From NCBI GenBank assembly GCA_964016885.1, contig OZ024746.1, positions 60,884,001-60,948,000 of the forward strand: DNA of 64,000 nt, in the 5' to 3' direction. Below the pieces are notes generated by a model. It worked only from the letters and a program-made list of their open reading frames with translations. It did no database searches and was not told the DNA's origin. Of this stretch, positions 24,473 to 38,100 are shown piece after piece (the stretch's first letter is position 1; the number at the start of each line of letters is the position of its first letter). The position numbers were made by a program, and so were the translations under genes. The stretch comes from Eledone cirrhosa. Lineage: Eukaryota.

Positions 24473-26339
24473 ATGGAAAGACGAAATGAAAATGCAAAAA
24501 CAAATTCATATCCAAACAACACAAATGACACCAAACAGTTCAATGACAACAAAAATAACAGCAACACCAATAATGATGATAAAAACAACAATGATAACAA
24601 CAACAAAGAAAAAAATAAAGACAACACCAATAACACCAGCATCAAAGACAACAACAACACCAAGGAAAATACGAATAATATCAACATCGGTGACAACAAG
24701 AATAACAACAAGAATAACAACAATAATGACAACACCACCAACACGGATAATTCCACAAAGAAACCAAAAATTCCTTTGCACAGACAGTTCAAAAAAAGGA
24801 GGAACTGATATATCTCGACATAACAAATGCTGAACAACTTTTAAAGGACGCTAGGAGATATGTCACTTTCGAAAAAAATGGTGCTTTCAGCATCAATTCT
24901 CCGGTAGAAATTCGCAAGGAAACTGCTCTCAAAACGATAGTTTTTAGGACAGTTTCCAATTCTACCCGAAAACCAGTCCAATTGTCACAGAAAGAAATTG
25001 AACTGGTTTTCAAAAATTCAATGAATGATATTGCATTCATTCAAAGAAGCAAACTTTTTGGGAGTATTTCGGTACTCATGAAGGATCAATTGACGGCCCA
25101 AAATTACTCTGTGTCGCCAATTGTATCCAACCTGTACACCTTTTTCCCTACATACATGGGAAAAAGGATACAAAAGATCAAAATTACGAGTGTCACACCA
25201 AAGGTGAACATATGGTGGATACTGTGCGGCTTCATCAATTTTGATGAAGACAGAATACTGTCAGTAGGAAAGTCCCCCAGAGATGTATTCAATGGGACTA
25301 GCATTGAAGTTCTGGTGCAAATGAGCCCAGAGCGAATAGCTATGATCCCACAACGTGTACTCCTGGACGGACTCACCTACATAAACTTTTCGGTTGAGGG
25401 TAGGCGGCCTTCATGTTACCATTGCTTTAGCAGGGGTCATCTGAGGGCTTCCTGTCGTAAATTAATGAATAAAAAAAGGCTCTTCTGCCGACACCCATCA
25501 AAACAACACAACCACCAACACCACCACAACAACAACAACACCAACACACAAAAATAACCACAACAAACACAGTCCCACCCAACCCCACTCCACCTAAAAC
25601 CACTGCAAAATCACATACAGACACAACAGCTCCCCAAGACACCCCTCCCCAATCACACAGACGATACAACAGATGAGGCTATCTCGCCATCACCCAGTGA
25701 AGACGAGGGAGAACCCCATCGCTCGAAAAGAAAGAAAAGAAATCACAAAAGCAAAAAACCAGCAAACACTACCACAAACATACAACCACCAACACAAACA
25801 ACAAAAACATCACAAACAAAACCCCCACCTCCTGAAAACAAAATACCTGCAACAAAACGAAAGCACACACAAGAACTACAGACAAAAACAAACACAACAC
25901 AAGAAAATTACACTTACACTTACATAAACACTGAAAAAAAACACTCATGGAGACCATCACGAACGACCCTTCGGTGAAAACCGAAGGGAAAACTTTCGCC
26001 CACTCTATTAAAAATAGCAAAAAACTGAACCTAAAACTGATTAGGGTCCCTATACAAACTTATAGGTCCCTAAAAGAAACATTTGAGAAGGATGTGGGGA
26101 ATTCCTGCGTGAAACCACTCAACCGCGTCCTTCTCAAATGTCTCCCCACCCCAGACACCCCATCCCACCAGACCCCACCCCACCAAACATCTTCGTCCCC
26201 ACCCCGCCGGAAACCACCACCCATCCAAACAACCCCTCCAACACCCCCATGGAAATCGTGCGGCCTGGTCCCCAGGAGACGAAGGGTGAGTGATCTCTTT
26301 TCCTCTTTTAACTTTTCAGCACCAACATGGCCAATATAA
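24473..26339 (+). pseudogene. Disrupted ORF1 of the plus-strand Tx1 element
   Basis: N-rich N-terminus (24473-24808), then 24982-25557 with SVEGRRPSCYHCFSRGHLRASC (paralleling SVEGKRPKCFRCGSKTHLRAFC in the other copy), then Pro/Thr-rich fragments. Broken by stops and frameshifts. Confidence 0.82.
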
Positions 26340-28877
26340 GAGTTGGATGTGTGAACGTACGCGGCCTGGGGATGCCCTGGAAACAGGGCAAACTCTTAAA
26401 CGACCTCACGTCGCACAGTATGGATGTGGTAGCCATTTGCGAGTCCAGGATCCACAGCAAGCGACAGCTGGCCCCCATCTTCGATGACTTTGAGATCTAC
26501 GCATCTCTCTGTCAACCGGGGGGTGGGGGCGGAATTGCCGTTTTGCTGCGGAAACACCTGGGCCTCGTAACACAGACGGTACATCTGGACCCGGAGGGTC
26601 GACTGGTGGTCCTAGACGTTGACGGTAGTGAAGGTGGAGCCTTCAGGCTGGTGGCCGCATATGCCCCATCCGGGACACCGCGGCCAGACTTCTTTAAACG
26701 TCTAGAGACTTTTCTGGGAACGTCCCGCTCCTTGCTTTTAGTGGGGGACTGGAATGGAATCCTAGATGCACGTTGGGACTATGTGGGAGCATGTCCCGAT
26801 AAAGGGGGGTGTAACAGTTAATCGACCGATTTGACCTGGCCGATAGATATCGACTAGATTTTCCGACTGCGCCACTGTGGACGTGGAGTAATCGTAGCGG
26901 AACATCTAGATCGTACCTAGATAGGGTTCTAGTTAGAAATAAGGATAGGGACATGTTAAGCTGTCCACAAATGTTCATGGTTGCCTATTCAGATCACAAA
27001 CTAGTGACCTGCATGGCCAACCTTGATAGAACCCATAGACAAGGACCCGGCTACTGGAAGCTGAACTTGTCGTTACCGACAAGCAAAGCCTACAGTAGAC
27101 GGATTAGCCCTTTAGTTAAACAGCACTTGACAGGGGCCATTGTCAACAACAGATGGTGGTACTCTCTCAAGAGGGCAGTTAGATTAGACTCGATAGTTTT
27201 TAGTAAAGAATTAGCGTTAGATAGAAATAGAACCGAGAAGGAACTGGTAGATAAAGTAGAAGGGGCACGGACCCGTGTTCAGGGGCTGGATTTCTGCAAT
27301 GCACAACAGCAACATCTGCTCAAGGGTCAAGGTGAACGGCTACCTCTCGGAGCCGTTTCATATTACGCGATCCATTCGACAGGGATGCCCTCTCTCCTCC
27401 CTTCTGTACGTACTGACTCTCGAGCCACTACTGCGGAAGCTGTAGCTATTGCAGGGTATCCCTCTGGAACCGGGACTGCGGAAAGCGGTGTCGGCCTACG
27501 CCGACGACGTGACAGTAATGGTGTCGAGCGCCTCGCAAATCGAGGAATCGGCACCTTACTGAAGGAATACGAAAGTTTCACAGGAGCGAAGCTGAACCGG
27601 GACAAGTCCATCGGTTTGCAACTCGGATCGTGGAGAGGCAAACCGATGTCTTCCGATGGCGTCGTCGAACGCTGGACGGAAGGACCGGTAAAGCTGCTCG
27701 GAGTCTGGTTTGGTCCGGACCTCCAGGTGGAGAAGAACTGGAACGAGGTGACGGCCAAGGTGTTTGCACTCACCCAGAAGTGGGCCGAGTGCAAACTATC
27801 CTTGAAAGGTCGAGCGGAGGTGGCGAACACTTTTATAGCGTCCGCCATCTACTACCGCTTGACCGTCGTGCCTTGTCCAGCCAAAACGCTCACCAAAATG
27901 GAGCGCGCGCTCTTCCAATTCCTTTGGAAGAGGCGGGCTCCTTTGGTGAGAGATCCATCTGCTGCCAACACCCTTCCAGCGGAGGGCTGGGGATGACGTG
28001 GCTGACGATGCGCAAACACGCGCTCAGGCTGCGGCATCTCTACGTATTCCTCACTGGACAACCGGTGTGGGCCCCGTTCGTGAGGCGAGCCTTCCCACGA
28101 CTCGTCTCACTGACCGAGCTGCAGTCCTGGGTTCAGCAAAGACCGAGGAAAATGGGCGACTGGCACATCGAATGTGCTCAGGAGCTCACAGCCCTCTGGC
28201 AGGCGGACCCGGCGATCAGTGGAGACTCCACTTCGTCATTCTATAGAGGGTTGATCCGCAGCAAGTGCGACGACGCGCTCGGTGAAATTCTAGGCGTAGA
28301 GGAAGATGAACTGGCCAGTCTGTTCGGTAGGACCTTCCGCCCGGGACCGATGGACAACTTCCAAAAGTCCCTGGCCTGGTAGTGCTACCGAGGAGCTCTA
28401 CCAGTTCGAGACAAGCTCTACAGACATGGGCGCCCGGGCAGGGACCCTGCAAAAAAGATCTGTCCGAGGTGCGTGCGAGACGAAGAAACCGTCGCGCACG
28501 CATTCATACACTGCCCGGGTGTCACCGACCTGTGGGGCTATGTGGAACGACTATTGTCGCGGGTGGGACCAATCCGGTTGACCACCGAGTCCATTGTCAA
28601 TGTCAAACCGCCACCCTCCTTCAAAAACGAAGGAGAGGCGGTTTTCCTTTGTGTGATAGCTATGGCGAAAGAGGTTGTATGGTGGACAAGGTTGAAAGGG
28701 CTGAGGTCAGACATCTTTCTCTCCGGCCAACAACTGATTCTTTTTTTCAAATACCACTTTGGAAGAAGAATCAGGATGGAGAGAGAGGTGCTGTACCCCA
28801 GCAAGTTTTATGAAAGGTGGGTGAAAGTGGCGAGAATGGCCCGAGTGAATGGGCCTTCTCTCTATATCAGCCTGTAG
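26327..28877 (+). pseudogene. Disrupted ORF2 (APE, partial RT, CCHC) of the plus-strand Tx1 element
   Basis: MANIRVGCVNVRGLG...GDWNG (APE) and SYLDR/SDHK motifs are present. Near 27268 the sequence jumps from ELVDKVEGA to [11 protein letters not shown], losing about 300 codons relative to the intact ORF2. RQGCPLS and YADD survive in shifted frames, and the ORF ends VNGPSLYISL*. Confidence 0.9.
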
Positions 28878-30854
28878 GTTGAGGAAAAGGAGGAGGAGAG
28901 GAAGGGAGTACAAACTCTTCGTACTCCTGGTGATGAGGGTTGCACATTTTTTCGGGAGTATGTGTTACCCATATGAACTGTCTCCCCCTATTGGGGAAAA
29001 TCGACTAATTTTTAAATTGCATTTGTGATAATATTTTACGTTTTTATTGTATGTAAACTTCCCCCTTTGTATTTGTCCCCTTCTTTTGTGCCCCTATGGC
29101 TAATAAAGAAACATATCTATGTATCTACACACACATAATAATTCTAACGTGGGTCCATAACCTGTGATAACTTTTGTGACACCACTCGGCGGACGCGTTG
29201 CTCAATGTTATTCGGAAAATATCGATGAGCCTAGCTTTCATTGTCCGTGTTTGTGTTGAAAATTAAGATCGAAGAAAATTTTAAATGAACCCTAGTACGT
29301 GACAGTATTGTATTTTATCAATCTTGGAATAATAAAAGATGAATTTGACTTCGTTGTGGTTTGAACTCAAAATGTAAAATCCCCGTTGAAAATACTTAAG
29401 TTGGTTTTAATTAGGTTTTGAGTTCAAATTCTACCCTGGTTGATAAAATATATACCAATCGAATAATGGTTTCTGATTTAGGCACAAGGCCAACAATTTC
29501 GGGGGAGAGGAAAGTCGATTAAATCAACCCCAGTGCATTACTAGTACTTTATTTATCGACCCCGTAAGGATGGAAGGTAAAGCTAACCTCGGCAGGATTT
29601 GAACTCAGATTATCCGACATTCTACCAAACTGACAATCCACCGCCCTATACCAATCGAATACTGGAATCGTTTGAATGGTCTCTCGGCATGGGTTCTGCC
29701 AGGTTTAAACGGTCCAAGGCACATCGTTTGTCGTGACATCAGGAGCTACGGGTCCATACATACGTACGCTAAGCATACGAAATGTGTAGTCATGTTTCCA
29801 ATATTAATTAAAACAAACTAAGGGACCCTCTATGCGCTCGCTAAACCTCCTAGAAATAATAGCCAAATCTCACTCAAACCACACCATTACTGCCCCAAGA
29901 AAAGAAGAACATTTCGACAATGCAGATCTATAATGGAAAATTAAAATTTAAAAAAACACAAAACAATAAAAAAACTCATAAAAGACGGTATGGTCACGGC
30001 TAGAACGCTTTTGATCACATGTCAGATTAATAATGGCTGAAGTGAAGCTAAAGAACCCTGATGGTGGTAACAACGACAACAACAACAACTACAACAACAA
30101 CAACAGCAGCAGCAACAACAACAACAGCAATTGTTATTATAGTTGTTATGTTTCTTTTGGTGAATTATTTTGTTTTGTAAACAAAGCTGCATTTCCTTTC
30201 TCTATTATTTCTTTGTTTATAAAATTAAAATCAGAGAAACAGCAACAAACAAACTCTTAATGTCTGTCTCTTCCCATTTCCTTTACGTTAAAAAAAGTTA
30301 ATGCAGCGAAAAACAAACCCCCACACCTACATCACCACCGCCAGCACCATCACCAGCACCATCACCATCACCATCACCAGCACCATCACCAGCACCAGCA
30401 CCATCACCAGCACCAGCACCATAACCAGCACCAGCACCAGTACCAGCACCATCACCACCACCACCACCACCACCAGCACCAGTACCAGTACCAGCACATC
30501 TATGATATCTCTATCAATATCGATATCGTTAGAGACGTGAGAGGCCGACAGAGGAGAGGCTAAACAGGATCATCCTGTGTTTATCATTTGACGTAAGAAT
30601 GACACATTTGGAACTATCAGACCTCGTTTTCTCTTCATTTCTGTTTGTCTTACAATTTTTTGTTTTATGTTTTGATTTAAAAAAATCAAATAAACAAACA
30701 AACAACTGTCTGGACCATTAGAACAACAACAACATTAATTTCAACGATTACAACAACTTAAACAACAACAATACCTCTCCCATAATTAAACAAACTTAAA
30801 CAAGAACAACAACTTAAACAACAACGATACCTCTCCCATAATTAAACAAACTTA

Positions 30855-31074
30855 AACCTTTAGCATTTAAACCGGTCATATCAGGCCAGAATTCTCTCAC
30901 CTCTTTCTGTCCAAACCAGCCATAACTGGCTGCTCATACTTATTTTAAGGTATTGTTCTCAAAATAAATAATATCAAATTCTCATAGATTCGATATTATG
31001 TGAGATAATTATGTGAGGTAAAGTGTTTATGGTGAAAATACAAAGTAAATGTAGATTAATGTAAATGATAAAGT
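30855..31074. mobile_element. Second copy of the piggyBac-like MITE
   Basis: Reverse-complement match to 10135-10342; begins TTAA-ACCTTTAGCATTTAAACCGG. Confidence 0.7.
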
Positions 31075-32407
31075 TTGGCAGTATAGGTAGAGCATCAGAC
31101 ACCATGATTTGCAGCATAGAGTTGTGGCCCTTTACGTTCTGAGTTCAAATCCCGCGGAGGTTAACTTTGCCTTTCATACTTTCATACTCGATAAAATAAA
31201 GTACCAGTAATGTACTGGGTAATTGCTGGCCTTGTGCCAAAAGTAGAAACATAATATACATATTTTTAACGCTAAATCGTTAATAACAATATTTGCCGGC
31301 CTATTGGACGCCTTTTTTTTTACGTTATATTTTGACGTTTATAGGCATTTTTATAGACCACGTCCAATATTCGCGGGTGCTCTAGGAAGGTAGCTCCCGC
31401 GAATACCGAGGGACAACTGTGCGTCAATGTCAAAACAAAACACATCAATAAAACACGACTTCAACATCAACAACAACAAATAACTTTTAAATCTTCCACA
31501 AAAACCAGACCAATATAGCAACAACAACAAAACGAACATTTTCAACAAGGTAACAACCTCCCCACAAAATAATACCTTCCACCCGACCCCCACTCCCAAT
31601 AAAACACTATCAACAAAGAACAGCAAGAACTGCAGCAGTAACAACAACAACAACAGCATTAAAGTCGTCAATCTCAACAACAATAACAGCAACTATAACA
31701 ACAACAACAACACCAACAACAACAGGATTGTTATCAACGCCAATAACAACATCAACACTAGATGCTGCTTCTTGTTGCAACAACAGCTACACCACCACCA
31801 CCGCCACCACTAGCACTACCACTACCACCAACACCACCACTAGCACTACCACAACCACCACCACCACCACAACCAGCACTAGCATTACCACCACTACCGC
31901 CACTACCACCAGCGCTACCACCACGACCACTACTACCGCCACTACCACCACCGCCATCACAACCGCCACCACCACCATCACCACCATCGCCACCACTTCT
32001 ACCGCCACTACCACCACCGCCATCACAACCATCACCACTACCACCATCACCACCATCGCCGCTGCCACCATCACCACCATCGCCGCCGCCACCACCACCA
32101 CCACCATCATGATCATCACCATAAACAAGAACAACAACCACAACAATAGCCGCAGTCATTACAAATTAGAAAACCATACCAATATTGGCAAGTCAGTTTG
32201 ATAAGTGAAAAATAAAAGAAAACAAACAAAAACGATAAAAAAGAAAAAAAAAAAATGAAAAAAAAGAAAAGAAAAGATAAAGGAATATAAGAGCTGACGT
32301 AAGACCTATCTACAACTGTCCGAGAATGATCATAAAGATAAGAGGCTTCCGTATACAGACGTAAACATTAGCACGATGTCTCGCGCGCGCGCGCGCGTGT
32401 GTATATA

Positions 32408-32603
32408 GGAAAAGAGTCAGGACCCCGACGGCTGAGCTCCGGCCGTTCCGACAGCTAGATTCGAACTGTTCGGATCTAGCTGTCGAAACGGCCGGAGCTC
32501 AGCCGCCGGGGTCCTGACTCTTTTCATATTACCCACTCTCCTACCTTAAGTATGGAGTACTTTGGTGCGTTATGGTCCACCTGGTTCCTTACCACACTTT
32601 CCT

Positions 32604-32634
<31 letters not shown>

Positions 32635-32762
32635 ACGAAGGAAATGTGGTAAGGAACCAGGTGGACCATAACGCACCAAAGTACTCAATACTTAGGGTAG
32701 TAGAGTGGGTAATAGGAACCAGTAAGACCCCGACGGCTGAGTTCAAGCCGTTTCGACGGCTA
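32408..32762. repeat. Foldback element copy 2 (~118-bp palindrome) plus an inverted partial third copy around (TA)n
   Basis: 32408-32525 is palindromic about TCGAAC-T-GTTCGG. 32526-32608 is inverted-repeated at 32634-32715 across (TA)n. Confidence 0.88.
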
Positions 32763-33349
32763 ATTCTGGACTAAATGAAAATTTATCCTGGTATTTAAAT
32801 AGCCGAGCTTCTCAAGGGGTAATTCCATATATGGTCAAAGTGATTGTCAAAAGTCAGTAGTAATTCTGTGATTGCAAATTAGTAGGGGAGATGGTGGCTA
32901 AACCTGCCAGTAGGAGAAAAAGGGGAGGGGGTGTATTACAACTTATCGTTTTCGGTACGCCTGGCCGACTGAACTCACTCGATATGCAAATTAGGCTGCT
33001 CAGCCGTTAATTTTCATAAGGAAAGTATATACTTTCGAACGTTCAACTATCTGGCAGAAGGGTATACGGTGCTGATGATAGCTAACAAGCTTGAAACTAG
33101 TACATCGTTCCTGTGTTAGTGTTGAACAAAAAGGTGACGTGGTTGCCTTAACACCGTATGGCATAAATCAGGCTGTTCGCTTGTTTACAAACGGACAAAG
33201 CGGGCGTCATAATAAACGTTCGCTAAACTGATACGTACATGTATATATATGTGTACCTGTATGTATATATGTATATATATATATATATGTATATATGCAT
33301 GCTACTGTACGTCTGTATACATATATGTATGTACGTATACATACATGCT

Positions 33350-33430
<81 letters not shown>

Positions 33431-33995
33431 ACATATGTATATGCACATGTGTATATGTGCGTATGTGTGTATGAAATTTGTGTCTATATATCTATGTTCA
33501 CGCTTGGTAAGCATGCATACAATGACGTTTCTTGAAACATTAATGACCATCCTCTAGCAAGTAGCATCAGCAGCAGCAGTAGCAATAGCACCAAGCAGGA
33601 ACAGGAACAGCAAAAACAATGAGAAGGCAGTTACATGTTCCGTTATCGTCGTTGTCGTCATCACCAGTCAGACTAAGTTGCAGATGCAACTACCTAGGTC
33701 ATTGGTTGCATCTGTGTTTGAGATAAGAAATAGAAAGTTGTTTGCATCCTGCTGTCGTAATTTCCAGATGGGCTGCAGATAAAATGGACTATTATACAGA
33801 TCTCACATGCACACACTTGGAGGCACATATGTATGTGTGTATGTATGTATGTGTGTATGTGTGTATGTATGTGTGTATGTGTGTATGTATGTATGTATGT
33901 ATGTATGTATGTATGTGTGTGTGTATGTATGTATGTGTGTATGTGTGTATGTATGTATGTATGTATGTATGTATGTATGTATGTATGTATGTATG

Positions 33996-34095
33996 TTTTC
34001 TCTTTCTCTTAATTTCGTGTATATTTTTTTGACCGGCCACCTTCCTGGTGGCAAGGTTGTAAAAGAAAAGAAATTGTCATCCCATCTGTAAAAAA
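33996..34095 (-). mobile_element. 3'-UTR-only copy of the same RLE element, in (CATA)n
   Basis: 33996-34083 is almost identical to 34214-34300, in the same orientation and with the same 3' junction into (CATA)n. Confidence 0.85.
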
Positions 34096-34213
34096 TGTAT
34101 GTATGTGTGTGTGTATGTATGTATGTATGTATGTATGTATGTATGTATGTATGTATGTATGTATGTATGTATGTATGTGTGTATGTATGTATGTATGTAT
34201 GTATGTATGTATG

Positions 34214-34658
34214 TTTTCTCTTTCTCTTAATTTCGAGTATATTTTTTTGACCGGCCACCTTCCTGGTGGCAAGGTTGTAAAAGAAAAGAAATTGTCATCC
34301 CTTGAATCGCAAGAATGTTTTGCAAATTTTGAAGGTGCCAGCTATCGCAGTCATTTGTAGACTATGAATTAGGGAGCTGCGCTTTTTGTCCGCAAATCCA
34401 AGTTCAGTCATACTTTGGTCCAAGCGGGTTGGTATATAACCCGTAGCACCAATAATGATGGGTATGAAGCTAAAGGTGTATCTTGGATACTGGATTTGTA
34501 AACTCCTCATCAATGGTCCGTAGATGTCCTCCTTCTCCTGTATTTTTCTGACAACGTTTACATCAAGTGGGCAGCTGATCTCCACAACAGAACACGTTTT
34601 CAATGTGTGGTCCCAAACTACAATATCAGGCCGGTTGTGCTTTAATTTGGTGGCAGTT
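34214..34658 (-). mobile_element. 5'-truncated RLE-type (R4/Dong-like) non-LTR retrotransposon embedded in (CATA)n
   Basis: 34295-34658 encodes KHNRPDIVVWDHTLKTCSVVEISCPLDVNVVRKIQEKEDIY...IPIIIGATG, a restriction-like endonuclease RPD..E..K pattern. An ~80-bp 3' UTR follows, then (CATA)n, and (CATA)n also lies upstream. Confidence 0.88.
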
Positions 34659-34849
34659 GTGTGTATGTATGTATGTGTGTGTGTATGTATGTATGTATGT
34701 ATGTATGTATGCATGTATGTGTGTGTGTATGTATGTGTGTATGTATGTATGTATGTATGTATGTATGTATGTATGTATGTATGTATGTATGTATGTATGT
34801 ATAGATAGATGGATGGATGCGTGTATGTATGTTTGTGGGTATGTATATA

Positions 34850-34936
<87 letters not shown>

Positions 34937-35184
34937 TTTCTTTATTAACCACAAGGGTTTACATAAAGTAGACATTAAGGACAGTGCAGGACAATGCAGG
35001 ACGGTACAAATGGGCATTTCTGCGTGTAAAAAACAAAAACAGAGGATGTAACAAAAAATAACAATGAAAAATTCCCCAATAGGGGGCAGACTTCGGAGGG
35101 ACATTTGTGGAGAAAGCCCAGTAAAAAGCCACAATGACCCTGACCACCAAGGCAAGTGCCCTCTCCCAGTTTTCCACCTTTAGT

Positions 35185-38100
35185 TTACAGATATATACTC
35201 AGAGTCGGCCCATTCACTCGGGCCATTCTTGCTTCTCTCACCCATCTTTCAACAAAATGCTGGGAAGAGAGCACTTCCTTCTCTACTCTGATTTTCCTTT
35301 TCAAATGAAATTTGAAAAAGTCAATCAGAGCATCATCGAAGAGGTAAGTGCTCGTCTTCAGCCCTTTCAAACGTGTCCACCATACTATCTCTTTCGCCAT
35401 GGCCACCAGACAGATAAAAACTGCCTGCCCTTCCCGGCTAAAGGAGGAGGGCGGGGCAATCCTCACGATAGACTCAGATGATAGCTGGATCCGTCCTAAA
35501 CGCGACAGCAGGTGTTCGACATAAACCCACAAGTCAGCAATTTTCGGACACTGGACGAGTGCGTGCAGGACGGTTTCGTCGCCCTGCGCGCATCTCGGAC
35601 ATGCCCGGCTGACGGCACCTCCATGCCTGTAGAGTTTATCCCGAACTGGCAAGGCTCCTCGGTAGCACTGCCAGGCCAGAGATTTCTGGAAGTTGTCCAT
35701 AGGCCCTGGCCCGAAAGTTCTCCCGAAGAGATTGGCTAGTTGATTTTCGTCGACGCCTAGAGTTTCCCCAAGTACGTCGTCGCTCTTCCCCTCCACTAAT
35801 CCTCTATAGAACGCCGAGGTGGAGTTTCCACCGATCACATTGCCCGATTGGTCGAGGGCTGTGAGCGCCTGAAGACATTCCAGTCTCCAGGCGCTCCCTC
35901 TCGGTCTTCGCTTGACCCAGGACTGCAGCTCCGTCAAGGAAACGAGCTGGGGAAAAACGCGTCTAGCAAACGGCGACCACACCTGATCACCGTCGAGGAA
36001 GAGGTGGAGATGTCGTAGCCTGAGCGCGTGCCTGCGCATCATCAGCCACGGCATGCCCAGCCCTCCACGTAGCGGGTGTTGCCAACAGATGGACCGCCTG
36101 ACCATCGGAGCACGTCCCTTCCACAAAAAGCGAAAGAGCAAACGCTCCAGCGCAGTCAGGCGAGGCTTAGGACAAGGTACGACGGTTAGGCGGTAGCAGA
36201 TGACAGACGCGATGTACGCGTTAGCCACCTCCGCTCGACCTTTCAGGGATAGCTTCCTCTCCGCCCATTTCTGGGTGAGAGAAGCCACCCTGCTCGTCAC
36301 CTCGTCCCAGTTTTTGTCCGTCTGGAGGTCCGGACCGAACCAGACCCCTAGCAATTTAACCGGTCCGTCCGTCCAGCGCCCGACGACGCTGTTGGACGGC
36401 ATGGACCTGCCTCTCCAGGTGCCGAGCTGCAGGCCCACTGACTTTTCCTGGTTGATCATTGCTCCTGTCACCGCTTCGTATTCTCTTAGTGTAGTGCCGA
36501 TCGCCTCGATGTGTTTGGCGTTCGACACCACTACGGTGACATCGTCCGCATATGCTGACACGGATCTTCCGCATCCTAGTTCGCGCGGGACTCCCCTCAA
36601 CGTCTCCAGTTTGTGCAGTAATGGCTCGAGAGTCAATACGTACAAGAGGGACGAGAGGGGACATCCTTGGCGGACCGAGCGCATGATGTTGAACGGTTCC
36701 GACAGGTGACCGTTCACTCTCACCACAGAGCAGATGTCGCTGTGCATGGCAGCGATCCAGCCTCTGAAGACGGGCCCAAAGCCAGCCGCCCTCGGGACTG
36801 CCGCTAGGTAACGATGGTCGACCCTATCGAAAGCTTTCGACTGATCTAAATTGATCAAGGACCCACCCGTGCCAGGTTCCCTAGCTACCCTCTCTACGAT
36901 GTATCGCATGAGGTGGAGGTTGTCGTGGATGGATCTGTCGGGAATGGCGCATGTCTGCGCCTCTCCCACCAGACCACCAACGACAAGCGCCAACCTCTTT
37001 GCTAGCACCTTGGCCAAAATCTTAAACTCTGTGTTTAGCAGAGTTATGGGCCGGAAATTGTCTATGTTATCCCCCTTGTTCGGATCCTTTCTCAGCAGTG
37101 CCACCGCTCCTCGGCTCACAGAACTGGGAATTCTCCCGTTCTGTTGCCAGTTGCAGTAGACGTCCGCCAAGAGGCCTCCGAACAAGTCTGGCATCTGTAC
37201 GTAAAGTTCATAGGGCAGACCATCCAAACCAGGCGATTTACCCCTTGTGCAGCCAGTCATTGCCTCCCGTACTTCAGCGGCTGTTATCGGCTTTTCGCAA
37301 CACCTCGCCTCAGTGGCCGAGAGCCGCGGCAGTCCGTCGAGGTAGACACTAAAGTCCATCCCTCTACCCGGCCTCCCGCTGCCCCCGAACAGCTGAGCGA
37401 AGTGTCGCTGAAAAGCTTCACACATTTGCCCGGGATCGAGTAGCATGCGCCCGTCGTGGTCCACCAAAGACCGGATCGTGGCTTTGTTGCCACGACGCGC
37501 CTCCGCCACTCGGGCCCATTGAACGGCTTTCGTCCCCTCGTGTCTGAGAGCACGCACCCTAGCTCTGACAACGCAGCCTTCGTGCTTTGCATTGAAGAAT
37601 TGGTCAAGGGCCAATTTCGCCGCAAGCACGTCGGTCGCAATGCCTTTGCTAAGCGCCTCGTCTAATTTTCTAACTAGTTCTCCCTCTGCTCTATTTTTCT
37701 CTATTGCTAAAGCCTTACTAAACCTAATCGATTCTATTCTAATCGCTCTTTTCAGAGCAAACCACCACTTGTTGTTGACGATGGCCCCCGTCAACGCCCG
37801 CTTAACTAGTTCGCTAATCCGGTCTCTGTAGGCCTTGCGCGCTGGTAAGGACGCGTTTAGCTTCCAGTAGCCGGGTCCTCGTCTATGAAGCCTATCTAAG
37901 TCAAGCACACAGGTCACGAATTTGTGGTCCGTGTAGCTGACTATCTTGAATTGTGGACAGCCTATGCTAGACCTATCTATTTCCCTACAAAATACTCTAT
38001 CTAGATATGATCTGGATGACCCTATGCGGTTTGTCCAAGTCCACATTGGCACATTCGGGAAATCCAATCGGTACCTGTCAGACAGTTCAAAACGCCTGAG

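Larger units (their letters stand above)
24148..29112 (+). mobile_element. Decayed, internally deleted Tx1/L1-clade LINE (second family) flanked by (CTAT)n-like sequence
   Basis: ORF1 pieces, including CYHCFSRGHLRASC, and ORF2 pieces clearly homologous to the 35185-38604 ORF. The 3' end is ...GGCTAATAAAGAAAC followed by ATATCTATGTATCT, and the 5' flank is TATCTATCTGTCTATCTATCTATC (24114-24137). The 5' boundary is approximate. Confidence 0.9.

Noticed and set aside
31728-32201. Mucin-like Thr-rich or Pro-rich ORFs
   Set aside because: (ACC)n low-complexity tract open in several frames on both strands.
34295-35155. 286-aa ORF as a single gene
   Set aside because: Chance read-through from the Tx1 3' UTR across stop-free microsatellites into the RLE fragment. 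Only 34295-34658 is real coding remnant.
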